A DNA stretch of 64,000 nucleotides from the human T2T-CHM13v2.0 reference genome, Homo sapiens. Shown here in pieces: positions 28,800 through 42,131 of the stretch. Location: the NCBI RefSeq assembly GCF_009914755.1, contig NC_060933.1, one strand, 5' to 3'. The position numbers were made by a program, and so were the translations under genes. The notes beneath the pieces are model-generated. The model saw only the letters and a program-made list of their open reading frames with translations, had not been told where the DNA came from and did no database searches. Position 1 is the first letter of the stretch, and each line of letters starts with the position of its first letter.

Positions 28800-29115
28800 C
28801 AATATATTATGTAAAATATAAAATAATACTAGATTATATTATATGATATAAAATAGATTATGTTCTATGTTATACAGGTTATATGACATAAAATATGTTT
28901 TATGTATTTATAATATATAACATATTTATAATACATGTAACAAATGTGTTATTTATATATAACATTTCAATATATATAACAATATATATTATATATTATA
29001 AATATGTAAAATATATTTTATAATGTCATATATATCCTAATATAACATATAAAATATATTTTGTATAAAATCTATGATATCTTTTATTTATGACAATATA
29101 TAAAATTATATTTTT
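28800..29115. repeat. AT-rich low-complexity tract
   Basis: Very AT-rich, degenerate (TA)n. Confidence 0.85.
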
Positions 29116-29411
29116 ATGTTCTTGCTATTCTTTTCCTATTTGTGTCATTTCTACCAACCTGTTGTTTTCCATTTTATTTAAATGTTATGTTTTATTCTAT
29201 AAATGTGTGTTAATTTTCTTAACGTTACCCATTTTGATCTTTTATAATTTCTCCTTTTATTTTTAATTCTCTTAGTTGTGATAGTTTTCCTTATTTCTTG
29301 TGATTTAATTTTAATCTACTTAGAATTAATTATGGAGTAAAGCATAGTTTTCTTCATATCATTTATTAAAGAAAGACTCCCATTGGATATGCTTATTTTG
29401 TGACCCACCAG

Positions 29412-29769
29412 TGTAATGGACTGAATTATACCCCCACAAATTTAGATGTTGAAGCCCTAACCTTCAATGTGACTATTTGGAGATAGGGCCTCTGGGGAGG
29501 TAACTAAGGTTAAATAAGGTCATGAGAGTAGGGCTCTAATCTGCTAGGACTGGAGCCCAGAAAAAGAGACACCGGAGTCCTTTCTCCACCACATGAGGAC
29601 ACAGAGTGTGGCCATCTACAAGCTAGGCACAGAGGTCATAGAAGAAACCCATCCTCACAACATTTTGATCTTAGACTCCAAGCCTACAGAACTGAGAGAA
29701 ATAAATTTGTGTTCTTTGATTCATTGAGTCTGTAACATTTTATATTGGTAGCCTGAACAGACTAATGCA
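29412..29769 (+). mobile_element. MLT1A/B solo LTR
   Basis: tgtaatggactgaattatacccccacaaatt...gagagaaataaatttgtg...tagcctgaacagactaatgca. Confidence 0.85.
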
Positions 29770-31750
29770 ATAACATTCTTAGATTAATTGGGATCTCCTC
29801 TGAGATCTAGACTTGCTTTCACGAATTTATTCTATTAATAGAAATCTCCATTTACGTAAATATATATGTATATAGTGCCATTACATAAATTTGGATTATT
29901 TTGATTTTATATTTTAAGTGTGGGCTGCACTTTTTTACATAATAATTTATGTCGGATGTAAAAGTATACCTCAAAATATGCTATAGCCATTCTTCTGAGT
30001 TTCTCTATGGCATCTAACATGAAGCTTCATCAAGCAGAGTATAAGCCAGAATTTCCTGCTTCGTCTAAGGTATAGGACGCCACATGGCTTGGCGCTTCTT
30101 CCTTGAGCAGAGCTAGAAAATGTGAGCCAAGGCTGATGAGAAGGGAAGATGGACCTCCCTAGGGTCATCTGTGGCAAACATGACTAAGCGGAGATGAGGT
30201 GAGGAGTATGCAATTGGAAATTGTTGTCATTCTAAGAAAACCTGAGAACCAAGTGAAACTACTTAACATTTTGATTTTACAAAACATCTAAATATTTTCT
30301 TACTGTGAATTTCACCTACAATTGTACTTTTTTGTTAAATCTTTTGAAAATACAAACTTCTTTTAATAATGTCTAATTACCTTAGATCCTATTAATGCAA
30401 ACTTCTTTGAGAGATAAAAAGCGAATTATATGTTGTGCTCAATGAGGCTGCAAGAATAAGGTATAATAAATGAGAACAACATGTCATGAAAATTGTGTCT
30501 CAGTTGTCTACAGGATCAACTCTTTTGTCTGAATTGCCCGGACATTTTAGCTAAACCTCAAACTGATTTTATTTTTTCTTCAATAGCTTTGACTTAATCA
30601 ATTGATTTGTTGGCATTACATAGATATAGCCCAAAATAAACATTTCTTGCTCTGAAGAATTTGATCATAAGCTGTTCATTACGTTTTAGGAAGAATTTTC
30701 AAGAGAGAATAAAAATGATCCAATATTTATAAATTTTCTTTTGCTTCAAATCAGCAACTATCATAGTAAAAGAAAAAAGCTTAGGAGCAATTGAGAGATT
30801 TGCCATACGCCTTGAATGCTTCTAAGGGCCCTCTCTGCACTGTGGAGGGTTGAGAAGGTTTGGTTCCTGGTTGTGAGCCTTGGTCAGGCATGGTGCATGT
30901 TTTGCTGGGAATGTTTATGCAAAGAAGCCATTGTTTCAGCATCAGTACTAATCTGGCCACTCTTTGATCTTCATCTTTTACCATCTAAAGGACTTCTGGA
31001 TGCTGCTGTTTTATCCAGACAATGTTTTTTACATCCCATTCACAAATTCAGTATCTGGGTCATCCAAATACATCTAGGCCTAAAAAGTAACCCTTCACTG
31101 GGGCTAAGTAAACATGATTTAATTTGTTCTGGACTCCAGAGTAGCTTGTGACATAAGAGACAGCAAGTCCAAGTATAGAACCTTAATGGGACAAAATAAT
31201 TTTTTTTTGGTCAGAACTTAACTAAATTTAGTACTAATCCCTTGAGAAAGAAAGAAAAAGCCTTAATTCAACACCCAATTATTTTTAAAGAAGGATCTAA
31301 AGACATAGCAGGAAATTAGACCAGGCAGTTTGACATCAGTTAAGTCTCAGAGCATTTTAAAAAGATCAAATGCTGGAACATTTAAAAAGCACAGCTTGAC
31401 AACAGTCAATTAAGGTAGCCTCAGGATGTGGCCGGGAGATTTTAGTAATTTGTGTGTGTAGAGCATGGACAAAAATTTTAAAATACATTGCCATAAGAAT
31501 CAAGAAAAACACTAAAAATCATAAACAGGATATGGCTATTTAACACAGACTTTTCTTTCATTTTGTTTAATAATGGAGCCATGAAATCCTGGGGACTAAA
31601 AAAGCCTGACAAATTGAATAGTTGAGTAAACTTGGCTGTAAGTCAAACTCAATTTGAAATCCCTAGTAAGTTAGTTTTGTGTTCAGACTACTATTCAGCG
31701 ATACTAAGGGTTGGGGTAAAGGGGTATGGTTATGGCAGAAACACCTAGGA

Positions 31751-32029
31751 CAGTGCTTCTCAAAGTGTGGTCCAGGGTCCAGTGCCATTCCATAAACTAT
31801 CATTGGCCAGATAAGTACAGAATAAGTTGAGAATAAGTGTTTAGAAACTTTGATAGCAATGTCACAAAGTACTTCCCTGAAAACATGGGCTTTAATTTTG
31901 TGTATCTTGTTTTTTTTTTTTTAAAAAAGTTTCAGTCTTAGCAATTTTATTGTATTTTATAAAATTATAGGTCCATGTCTTATTGAAATAAAAAATAGTG
32001 CTTCTCCACAGATAGTCTGAGAAGCACTG
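31751..32029. mobile_element. hAT-Charlie non-autonomous DNA transposon (MER-type)
   Basis: Terminal inverted repeats cagtgcttctca / tgagaagcactg. Confidence 0.8.
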
Positions 32030-32261
32030 ATCAAGACAGTTTTTTAAAGAAATGGCATTTAAAGTACGATGTGCATCATGTTAGAAAATATCAAGCTGTT
32101 TTTCCTGTTCACAAAATAAATCCAAGCATAATTACCTCAAACACATTTGTAAAATGGCTTTCAAAAACAGACATTTGAAGAAACTCATTGGGTCAAAGTT
32201 TAGAGAATCTGAAAAAAAGTCTTTTATCGTGAACTGTAGCTGTAACTAAGACTACAGTGTA

Positions 32262-32765
32262 TGTGGAAAGGTAGATCGTACTGTTCTGATTCTTCAGGCC
32301 CTCCCTGTATTCAAAGGATGCACCCATGCCCTTTGCCATGTGAGTTTGCACTTGCTACCACTAAATGTCAAGTGTTACCCTACCTCGTTGATGTCGGGCT
32401 TCACCAAATGACTTGCACTGGCCAGTAGAATATGGGCAGACATGCCAGTGTTCCGGGCTCTGTGACAAAGCCTCAGAGGCATTGTGTATTTCTTGTGTCT
32501 GTCTTCAGTTTGTGTGACCACTGTAGAAGGACATGCTTCAGCTGTCTGCTGCCCCTTGAGGGTAGGTCCCAGAATATGACACGTGGAGCAGAACTAAACC
32601 TAATCCAAGGCTTAGAGCCAAGTCCACCACACTGCAGCCTGAAGTACTCATCAAAGCCAACCCACAGACCAATAAGCCAGAAAAAGATCTGCCTGTTGTT
32701 GTAGGCCACCTAGTTATGGGGTGGTTCGTTATGGAGCATTATCACAGCAGTAGGTGAACAGCACA
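32262..32765 (+). mobile_element. MLT1 (G/H-like) LTR
   Basis: tgacttgcactggccagtagaatatgggcaga; ends tggggtggttcgttatggagcattatcacagcagtaggtgaaca. Confidence 0.7.
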
Positions 32766-32799
32766 GTTGGGTTATAATACATGCTATAGTTACGGATGG

Positions 32800-33720
32800 T
32801 ATTTGATTTACTATTCCAGCCTGGACACCTCTTCTAAGTGGCATTCTCATGTATGCAACTGCCTATTTGACATGCCAACTTTGGTCTCCAATAGGCAACT
32901 CAAATGTAACACATTCAAACATGCACTCTTGATTCCCCTCCCCACAACCCCAAACTACTTCACTGCTTGGTAAATGGCAAATCTCTTCTATCACTTGCTC
33001 AGACCAAGATCCTTGGAATCATCATTGATTTCTCACTTTTTTTTTCACATTTCACATCTAGTGGGATGGGAAATAAATTGAAACACATTCTGAATCTGAC
33101 CACTTCTCATCCCCTCCATTGCTATTAACACTTCCCTAAGAAGCTCCTCTTAGTGGCTCTTTTTTATTCTGCCCTTATTTCTCTGGGATCTATTCACTGC
33201 ACAACAACCAGGATGGTCTTTTAAAATATGTCACATCATTTCGCTCTACTTCAAGCTCTCTGTTGGCTTCCCAACTCACTCAAATTCATTCAAAGTTGCC
33301 GTCGTGACCTAACTGGTCCTACACATCTGGACTGCACTACCTGCTTTCTATGAGCCACCTGGCTCCTCCTTGCTTTCCATGAGTACACGAAGTTTCTGCT
33401 GCAAGATCCCGCCTTGGGATGCCCTCTTCCCAGGTGTCTGCTGCTCACGTATCAGTCTTATTATGGAGGCTTCCCTGACCCCATGTAGAATAGTAACTAC
33501 TACTCCACCACTTCCTGTGCACTTCCTCCACTTTATTCTTGATCTTAGCACGCACTATCTAGCATGTTACATATACATGCATTTATTAACTGCTCTCACT
33601 GGAATGGACACTTTCTGAAGCAGGGATTGTCATTTCCATGGCCATATCTAGCATTAAGAACAGCGTCTGGCATATAGAAGGCACTTAATACATATCTATT
33701 GGTGAAAAAATGAATTAAAT
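32800..33720 (+). mobile_element. L2 3' portion
   Basis: caactgcctatttgacat...tctgaccacttctcatc...tggcatatagaaggcacttaatacat. Confidence 0.8.
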
Positions 33721-36224
33721 GTCTTTGGAAAGAATACGGCCCTGTTAAATCTTGAATTTGCTAAGTGTAAATTGGGTATTTAAATGCTGACTGATTATAG
33801 TTAAGGAAAGACCAGCTTCCTATTTTTAACAAGAAGTTGATGTTTGTCAAATAGGCAGGATAATCTTTTGGTTGTGGATTTTAAAGAATACCATGACTTG
33901 GTTAACATTAGAAACGGGGGCACTTTATTTTAGCACTGAAGACATTAAGGTTGCATTCAGGGTTTTTAATTTGTATGAGACATTCAGTAAGGAGTTTTAG
34001 TTCATTTTTGAACCAGGTCATTTATAGAGCTTACTAAGAGATGGGAGGTGAGAAAGAATCAGCGAATTCTAGAACTGGAAATTCTATTTTTATTTTAGAG
34101 GGAAAAGAATAACACTCCTTCCAAGAAAACTTTAGGGACCTGTGAGATGAGGCTGGCCGGGTAGGAGGTGGGGACTGTCACTCGCAGGTTTTGCCCACAC
34201 TAGCGGTTTTCTGGCATTTCAGCAGCACACCGTTTTGGTGAGGACTCTATATGTTATTTTAGCAGTAAAATCTCTGCCAAGATCATGAAGGGAGTGCAAA
34301 CTCCAGGAAATCTTGTAAAAGAAGCAGAAATGTTGTTATGTGCTTGGATTTCAGACCAGCTGAGGCAAAACTGCAGCACATCTACACCCAAGCCCTCCCA
34401 AGTATGGTCATTCTGAGACTTCCGTCGGAAGTTCTTTGCTCAGAGGTGACAGCATTTCTAACATCGTTTCAAAATCTGGTTTGTATCAGGTTGCTGATCT
34501 CCAGATTCATGAACATGTAATCAGTACCTTATTTCTATAATGTTGAGTACTTCATAGGTCTATGTGCACAGAAAATACATTACAAAAAGGCAAAAATAGG
34601 GAAGAATGATACCATGATTATAGAAAAATAAAATCAATTTTATTCTTATTTTGTGTTCAGTGAACGCACAGCAAAAATGTATAATTAATTTTCTCTGGTG
34701 GAGAAGGGGGCTGTAAATAACACTTGTTAAATAACTCAGATGTGCCAGACACAATTCTAGGAGCTTCACATATGTTTCCTAGCTATAATATATAAAACTT
34801 GTATCTTGCATATAACCTCCTTTACAAATTAGATTATTCTGGCATCAGATATTCTCCCCATTTCTTAGGATGAAGCAGATACAAAAGCAAGGATAGCCTG
34901 ACAGACTACTTGAGAAACAGAAATGTTACATATTTTTCTGAAGACCACAGAGCAAATGTGGAGTAGGGAAAGGAAAAATATTTTACACTCAATTGGGATG
35001 AAAGCTTCTATGGGATGGTTTTGTAAGGTCCACGGACAACTTATATTCTGACACCTAAGAAATATTACAATGTAAGTTCTGTGTGATGAATAGTCAGTAA
35101 AATAGTTCTTTCTCTCAGATAAGAAACTAATTATTCAGCAGCTTCATCTTAATTCTTTTCCTTTGGGCTTTATTTTATAATGCAGAATGCAAAAGAAACA
35201 CTCCCTGCATTCAGAAGCACTCTTTGAAGCAACATCTAGTGCATTCCCTGGGTATCGTGAGTTTAGAATTGTGAGATGTAGACTTAAAACCTTGTCAGAA
35301 ATGTGTTTGCGTGTCCTTGTCCTGAATTCCCGTAGCGTGCTCCATTCTCAAGTTCATCACCGTCCTTCTGCCTTGTGCCCGATAGCAGAGCAGTGGACAT
35401 TCGGCCCTGCTCCCTATTGCTTCTACACCTAAGGAGGCCTTGGAAGCGATAGCCCAGATAGCTGTTGGCTGCAGAGGCAACACAGCCGTCACCACCAGCA
35501 GTGGAAAAGATGCTGCCAGAGGACGCTGGGAATGGCGTTTGGGCTGAGGGAATGTTTAAGACTTGTTTACAGGAATGGGGAAAGAAATGGTTCTTTTCAC
35601 AAGATGTTTGAAAAATGAACAGTATTTTTTTCTTCAATGGAAACATCATTTCTCTGATTTTCTTTCCTTTCATCTGCATCACCTATATACAATCATCATG
35701 TTGTCTTAAGTACTGTGCAGTATTTGAAAGTGAATTGAATTCTGAAAGATTTTATATTTTTTTCCCCTGGTAACTGCAGAAATCCATTAAACATTTTATT
35801 GCTCCCTAGGGGTTGTGTGATTTCTTATCCTGACCCTGCTGGTCAGATAAGCAAACACCTAACTCAGAATGAACACCTGTCTCTGTTTCTTTGAGTGATG
35901 GGAAGAGAATTTTAAATAATGGTTGGTGTTTTCAAGACATGGGGGGACAACAAGGAAAGAAAAATGCTTTTTTTTCCTTTGTCATTAGCCGTGGAGTACT
36001 ATGATCAGAAAATTGTGTTTTTCCTCTTCTCTCTGAAAACATGTTCTTCATTTATGTTCTTTATTGGAAAGTAAGCACTTTAATTAAGGAAATGTATTTA
36101 GTTAGTAAATAATACAGTCCTCTAAAGTGTTTTCACCCAGAAAGTTTTTCTCTCTTTTGTTTTTAATGTGTTTGATTTTAGTTTTTCCTAATTTGGGGTA
36201 TAGGGAACTAGTAAATCGTTTGTA

Positions 36225-36700
36225 GTTTCATTTATGAATTCGTTTTAAAAAACAGTACTGATCACTTACTTTATGCCAGGTTTGGTGGTGTTACTCAAGA
36301 AAACAGATATGGGAGAATGAGCTTTGCCTGTAAGAAGAGGGCACAGGGCTAACTGATTGCACATTCATAGACACTCACACATATTCATCCACTGTGATGA
36401 AGCAGACACGAAGACTCAGCCATGTAGGGTGGGGCCTGAGGAGAGAGCCTCAGCAATGCCACAGAGTTGGGTGAGGCTTTACAGAGGATGTAATATTTGA
36501 GCTGAGTCTTGAAAGACCTTTGCATAAAGAAGATTATGTAAGCTAAGGGAAATAGCCATGCACAGGCAAGGAGGACTGGCCAAGATCTAGGCTAGGCAGA
36601 GAGGTGGGTAGTTTGATGACCCAGGAGTGGGTATAGTACAGAGGGAGAATATAAAAGCCAAATGAGTATCCGCAGGGGTAGAATCACATGTAAGAAGCTG
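36225..36700 (-). mobile_element. L2 fragment
   Basis: ttcatttatgaattc...actttatgccagg; atttgagctgagtcttgaaag. Confidence 0.55.
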
Positions 36701-36899
36701 GCATGGAAACTCACCAAGAAAACTAAAGAGATTTATACAGCAAGAAAGAAAAAGAACTGAGAGAGGGATAGCATAGCCTTAATTATAAAGCTTTCCATTT
36801 CAGAGAATCTAGACTGATTCACATCTTGTAGTTTTATCTTTTAGGTTACTGGTTTTCTGAATAGAGTGGATTATTTAGCTTGAAAGTAAAAAACAATGT

Positions 36900-37530
36900 T
36901 ATATTTTTGATTAATATTAATGACATCAAAAATACACATATCAACAAACACCTAAATTTAGGATATGACTTAAAGACATTTGACAATAATAAGGTACAAT
37001 TGTCCACTTATCTGATTAGCAAGGATTTAGGAGATTTATACCACTTACACTTTCTGCAAGGCCATCTTGCAAAGTATATATAAATTTAAATGTGTCTATC
37101 CTTTGACCCTGAAACTCTATTTTTAGGAATTTATTTTTTAAAAATAAAATACATGTTCTTTGTCCATGAGGATGAGACTACTTAAATGAATTATGTTTCA
37201 CCATGCAATAGAACACACAGAATTTTTATATTCTGTGAAAATTAAAATGATGAATCAGAAACATGTATTAACATGGAAGAAAATTCTTATGTTATTGCTA
37301 AGTATAAAAAGCAGGTTATAAACAGCTATGCAGCTTTATTTTTAATACATAATATGTTTAGAAAGGGGCTGGAGAGATCTGTATCAAGTTGCTAACTGCA
37401 TTTATTTCTGGCGATGATTTTCTAGATGATTTTTACTTTGTTATTTGGAAACATTTTGTAGTGTCTGTGTTTTTGTTGTTTTTACAATGAGCACGTTCTA
37501 TTTTCATTATCTGATAAAAACACATAAAGT
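36900..37530 (+). mobile_element. L1ME 3' fragment
   Basis: cctttgaccctgaaactctatttttaggaatttat; aagtataaaaagcaggttataaacag. Confidence 0.6.
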
Positions 37531-37546
37531 CTACTAAAAATGAAAA

Positions 37547-37850
37547 GGCTAGGCATGGTGGCTCATGCCTGTAATCCCAGCATTTTGAGAGGGCCAGGCA
37601 GGCAGATCACCTGAGGTCAAGGGTTCGAGACCAGCCTGGCCAACATGGTGAAACCCCGTCTCTACTAAAAATACAAAAATTAGCCAGGCATGGTGGCAGG
37701 CGCCTGTAATCCCAGCTACTTGGGAAGCTTAGGCAGGAGAATCACTTGAACCCAGGAGGCAGAGGACACAGTGAGCTGCGATCGCACCACTGCATTCCAG
37801 CCTGGGCAACAGAGCGAGTCTCTGTCTGAAAAAAAGAAAAAAAAAAGAAA
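37547..37850 (+). mobile_element. AluSx-like
   Basis: Full Alu with A tail. Confidence 0.95.
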
Positions 37851-38940
37851 ACAGAAATTATCATTTAATTGACTTGGAAGTTATATCAACCATCAGTATT
37901 AAAAATAAAAACCCAGTGCCTTCCCAGCTGTAATATGCATCTGCATCACCTGTGTACCTCTGCATATCATCTGGCAGGTTTAAGGTGGGGCCTGAAACTC
38001 TACATTTCTCACAAGCTCCCAGGTGTTGCCTATGTTGCTGGTTTGGGAGTGTGCTTTAAGAAACAAATTTAAACTATAAAAGTCTTGTGTTGCCAGGTTT
38101 CATTGCCTTTGTTGTGCTTATGTTATTATAGGCAGAAACATACATGGAATAATAAAAGATTTCTGAGAAAACAGAAGTAGAACAGCTGTTTTCATTTAAT
38201 GATTCTCTTAACAGGTAGAATAAGCAGATTCTATTTCCATCTTTTCCAGAGATACCCAAGGTCCTCCTGAATTCGTGTGACCATTGTGGACTTCGTAATC
38301 TCACAGTAGAGCTTTCCTCTCAAAATGGAATCTCAATTTGCAGAGTTTCTTGGGCAACCATCCCCATTTAAAGCTTGCTATTTATAAGTTTCTTTTCCTT
38401 AGAGCACTATACTGGTTAGTCTCCTCTGATAAAATAGTCAATGCTTAAATACAAGAACTTTCTTGACTTTTTAGCCTCTTCCAATTTGTTTTAACATTTT
38501 AACAAGTTTCCATAGGTTATTAATTCCAAAAAATGAATAAAGAAGCAAAGTCAGGCAAGGCAAGATCAAGAGAGCTTTCCCAAAATGCAGCTCACTTTAT
38601 TACCAACAGGTAGTCTTAAACAACACAAAGTATGAGTTTTGGTGATTTAGTGAAAGTGCTAATCCAATTTTTTTTTTTTAAATTGCCAAACTAGTTGTAT
38701 CGGCCTGCTTAATCAAAATTACCAATTTATTTTTATTGTTCTTGTTAATGAGCTGAATAGTATAGCAATTGGATTTCTTTTTGAATCTATAATTTCAGTA
38801 TTGGCAAAGGGCACAACTGTGGCAATATGCCTTTTATTGATTATTTTTGTTAATTCATTTATTTCATGTGCTCTGTTCTACACCTTGGATTTCTTTAACG
38901 CAACTTAGTTCTTATGAGAATGTAAATAAAATGGTGTCAG

Positions 38941-39957
38941 CAGAGGCAGATTTACCATAAAGCTAATAAAACATTATATTCACATGATGATGTGTTTCTG
39001 TAAAATTTACTAAAATTTGGTACATTCACTTCCATGGATTAAACACCCTCTTCCTGGCCCACCCTGTCAAACTCCTCTGCAAAGTATGCAATAACTAAAA
39101 CTCGGAGTTGGTACTTTTATAATGAGCAACCAGCAAGGACTGGGAGCTGGTAGATCATATTCAGAACATACCAACAGCAGGGAATCATTGAGAGCAAGAG
39201 ATACATTTTTGATACAATAAATGACTAGGCTCTTGGGTTGTTTGATAATCCAGTTAATGAAAACAGAGAACCATATGAACACGTTGGAGAAATATTAAGA
39301 TTTCCTGATGATTTGATACAAAGGACGGTCATTGGCAAAGATAACATAACTCATGCCGCTAAAGCAAGGACATCTACTAACTTGTTAATGAGTGTTGAAA
39401 ATCCCAAGTACATTTAAGACCATTCACTGCACAGGGAAAGGTGACAGGCCCAACAATCTCTCAGTCTTACAGTTTACATATGAGAGAAACTTGATAAATA
39501 TTTTCCCCAATAATTCTAAGCATGCACATGATATTACAATAACAAATGGTGCAGTCAAAAGAAATTTTTTTAAACTAGTAAAAAGAAAAAAACCCATAAA
39601 TTTTCGTTGACCTTGCTTGAGGAGAAATTCAGTTTTATTTTCTCTATAGAAAATATTGTTTTGTTGTCATGCAGAAACAAAGAGGATACAAACAAAAATA
39701 TAGTTAGCAAAATATTACAGATGTGGACCAGGTCAGTTAATTAAAGAAAATATATAATTTTTCTGGATCTTGTGAGGTTTTTGACAATTATCAGCATTTT
39801 GAAAGTTGTAAATTATTGTAATTTTCCCACTATTCTAAATTCTAAATGAATAGTCACTTAAACGAAATGTGATATTTGTAATTTTACATTCTGTTTCTTA
39901 AAGGACTTTGAAGGTAGTAGAACCGTCAAGTCCCACAAAACCTGCATCTGTCCCTAA
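38941..39957 (+). mobile_element. hAT-superfamily DNA transposon remnant with transposase C-terminal fragment
   Basis: Ends cagaggcagattt / gcatctgtccct; ORF 39392-39610 has ...LINIFPN...ITNGAVKRNFFKL, resembling the hAT dimerisation motif (FPN..T...ER.FSKL). Confidence 0.65.
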
Positions 39958-40872
39958 TATCAGAATAACTTGAAATTCTAGTAAGTAAGTTCATATAGGA
40001 TGTTTGTTAGCATGTTAATATTTTGAAATTAGGAGCAGGTTTTTTTTTTTTTCACAATAAAGGGAAAATCTTAGGAACATGTGAAGAAAGTAAGAAACTC
40101 AAAATATAGACACCCTTCTTTCAGTGCAAATGTGGCTGGTTTGATGTCATCCAGAACCACCACAGTTTGCTCTCTGGAGAGGCTGCCAGTACAGATGAAA
40201 AAGCTGGGAAAGCAATTCCACCCATGTAACTAACCCTCACTCCTCTAAAAAGAGATCAATGAAGATAATTGCCCTGGACCATATTTTGGATTTTATGAAA
40301 TTGGTCTCTATTACAGGAGTGTTATCAAGGACCAGCATGAGAAAACAGAGCCCAGAATAGAAGTATGCAAAGAATGAATGAGATTCTAAGTGCACATGTC
40401 TGTGGAGAGTTAACTGGGCTGTAATTCTAATATTGCTATTATTTGGGATAGGGTACTTGTTAACAATGCTCTGTAGATTTTGAGTTCATCTGTCCTGTTT
40501 GTATTTTCCCCATACATTCTGTTACTTTTAGGGCATAATTATGTTGAATGTGAGCTTTTTCCAGAACCCATTTATGACAATAAAGCAGGAATGCTTGTAT
40601 TTATACTTTGCCTATTTGTAAAAAGTAGCTTCTAAGATAAACATGATGCAAAGCAAAAGCGTAGGACGTAAAAGAATATCTGAGGAAAAAAGAGGATGGA
40701 GAAATTATGAACAAAATGCACAGAATGACAACAAATACTTGTCCTCAAATGGAAGAAGTACTAATAAATAAAACTGGTCACAGTTACCTGGCACTTAAGA
40801 TAGAAAGAAGAAAACAATTTTAACAGAGTTTTATTTTGGTATGAAATGAATCACAGAAATTAAAGTTAATAC

Positions 40873-41118
<246 letters not shown>

Positions 41119-41184
41119 CTATATGGAGAAAGCATTCCAGCACTGAGCAGAGGTCACAGTAGGTACTCAGAAAATGTGGGAGGA

Positions 41185-41345
41185 AGAAATACAGGCTTTG
41201 CAGTCAGATGACCTGGTTTTCAGCCCAGCTCAGCGATTTATTAGTGTTCTGACCTTGGACATGTTATTTACCTCTTTAGACTTTGCTTTGTCTGTAACAA
41301 AGGAGTAATAATAACTATCTCAGAAGCACAAGGTAAGTACCTGAT
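41185..41345 (+). mobile_element. MIR
   Basis: caggctttgcagtcagatgacctgg...tgaccttggacatgttatttacctct. Confidence 0.75.
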
Positions 41346-41781
41346 AATGTTATATGGTAATACTGTTGTTGTTATTATTTTGCCAAAGATGTGAAAACAT
41401 AATTCAGATGGACAGGTTATTATATCCCACTTTAGGAAATCAAAGACCATAACATTTGATTATTATCTAGGAAGGCATTTCTCTGGACGCTTTGCTTTCT
41501 GAGTAAAGGTCCAGCACTTGAAAGCTCTAGATAAAAAGTTCCTCTCCTTGGGCGGATGCTATGACAGATCTATTTTGTGGGTGCTTTGAAATCTGGTCCA
41601 CAGACTGCTTTTTATGACTGATGAAAATAGACATCGCCCCTGGTCGTGAGGGTTACCGCGTGCAGTCTGTGATTGGGATGCACCCTGAGAGACCCAAGGC
41701 AGTGAATCCTGCCAGTGGGATCACCAGGCTTTGTGACGTGAGGCTCCCCAGTCAGTAGCAAAGGTCACTGTAGGAACTCAC

Positions 41782-42131
41782 CCCGATGGTTGCTGGAGAA
41801 GCAGCGCTTGACCTGCCCGTCTCTCCTTCCTCCTGTGACTCAGGTCCTTGCAGTTGGGTTCAGGGGACTCTGCAGATTTGAGCCACTTAATCAAATCTTC
41901 CCACTTCTTCATGCAGATACTAATCTGCCTTTCGAGTTCTTGGGTTACCGCCTGGGAGGGAACAGCAGGTGCCAGACAGCAGAGAGTGGCTGTAGGAGAC
42001 ACTGTGCTCCTAGCACTTTGAGCTTCAAGTTTCACCTTGGCCCTGCACATTAGGGTGATGGCAGTGGCAGCGAGTGACTTGTCTGCCTCACATGCTGTGG
42101 AGACAGGGAGGCGAGAACGTGTCGCTGCCAT
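41782..42131 (-). other. Candidate exon/ORF in unique CpG-enriched sequence (unverified)
   Basis: Strong Kozak ccACGATGG at 42131; frame open to a consensus donor GG|GTGAGT (41781-41776); no recognised homology. Confidence 0.25.

Noticed and set aside
30781-31151. 111-aa ORF in unique sequence
   Set aside because: Non-ATG start, no recognisable domain, no splice support.
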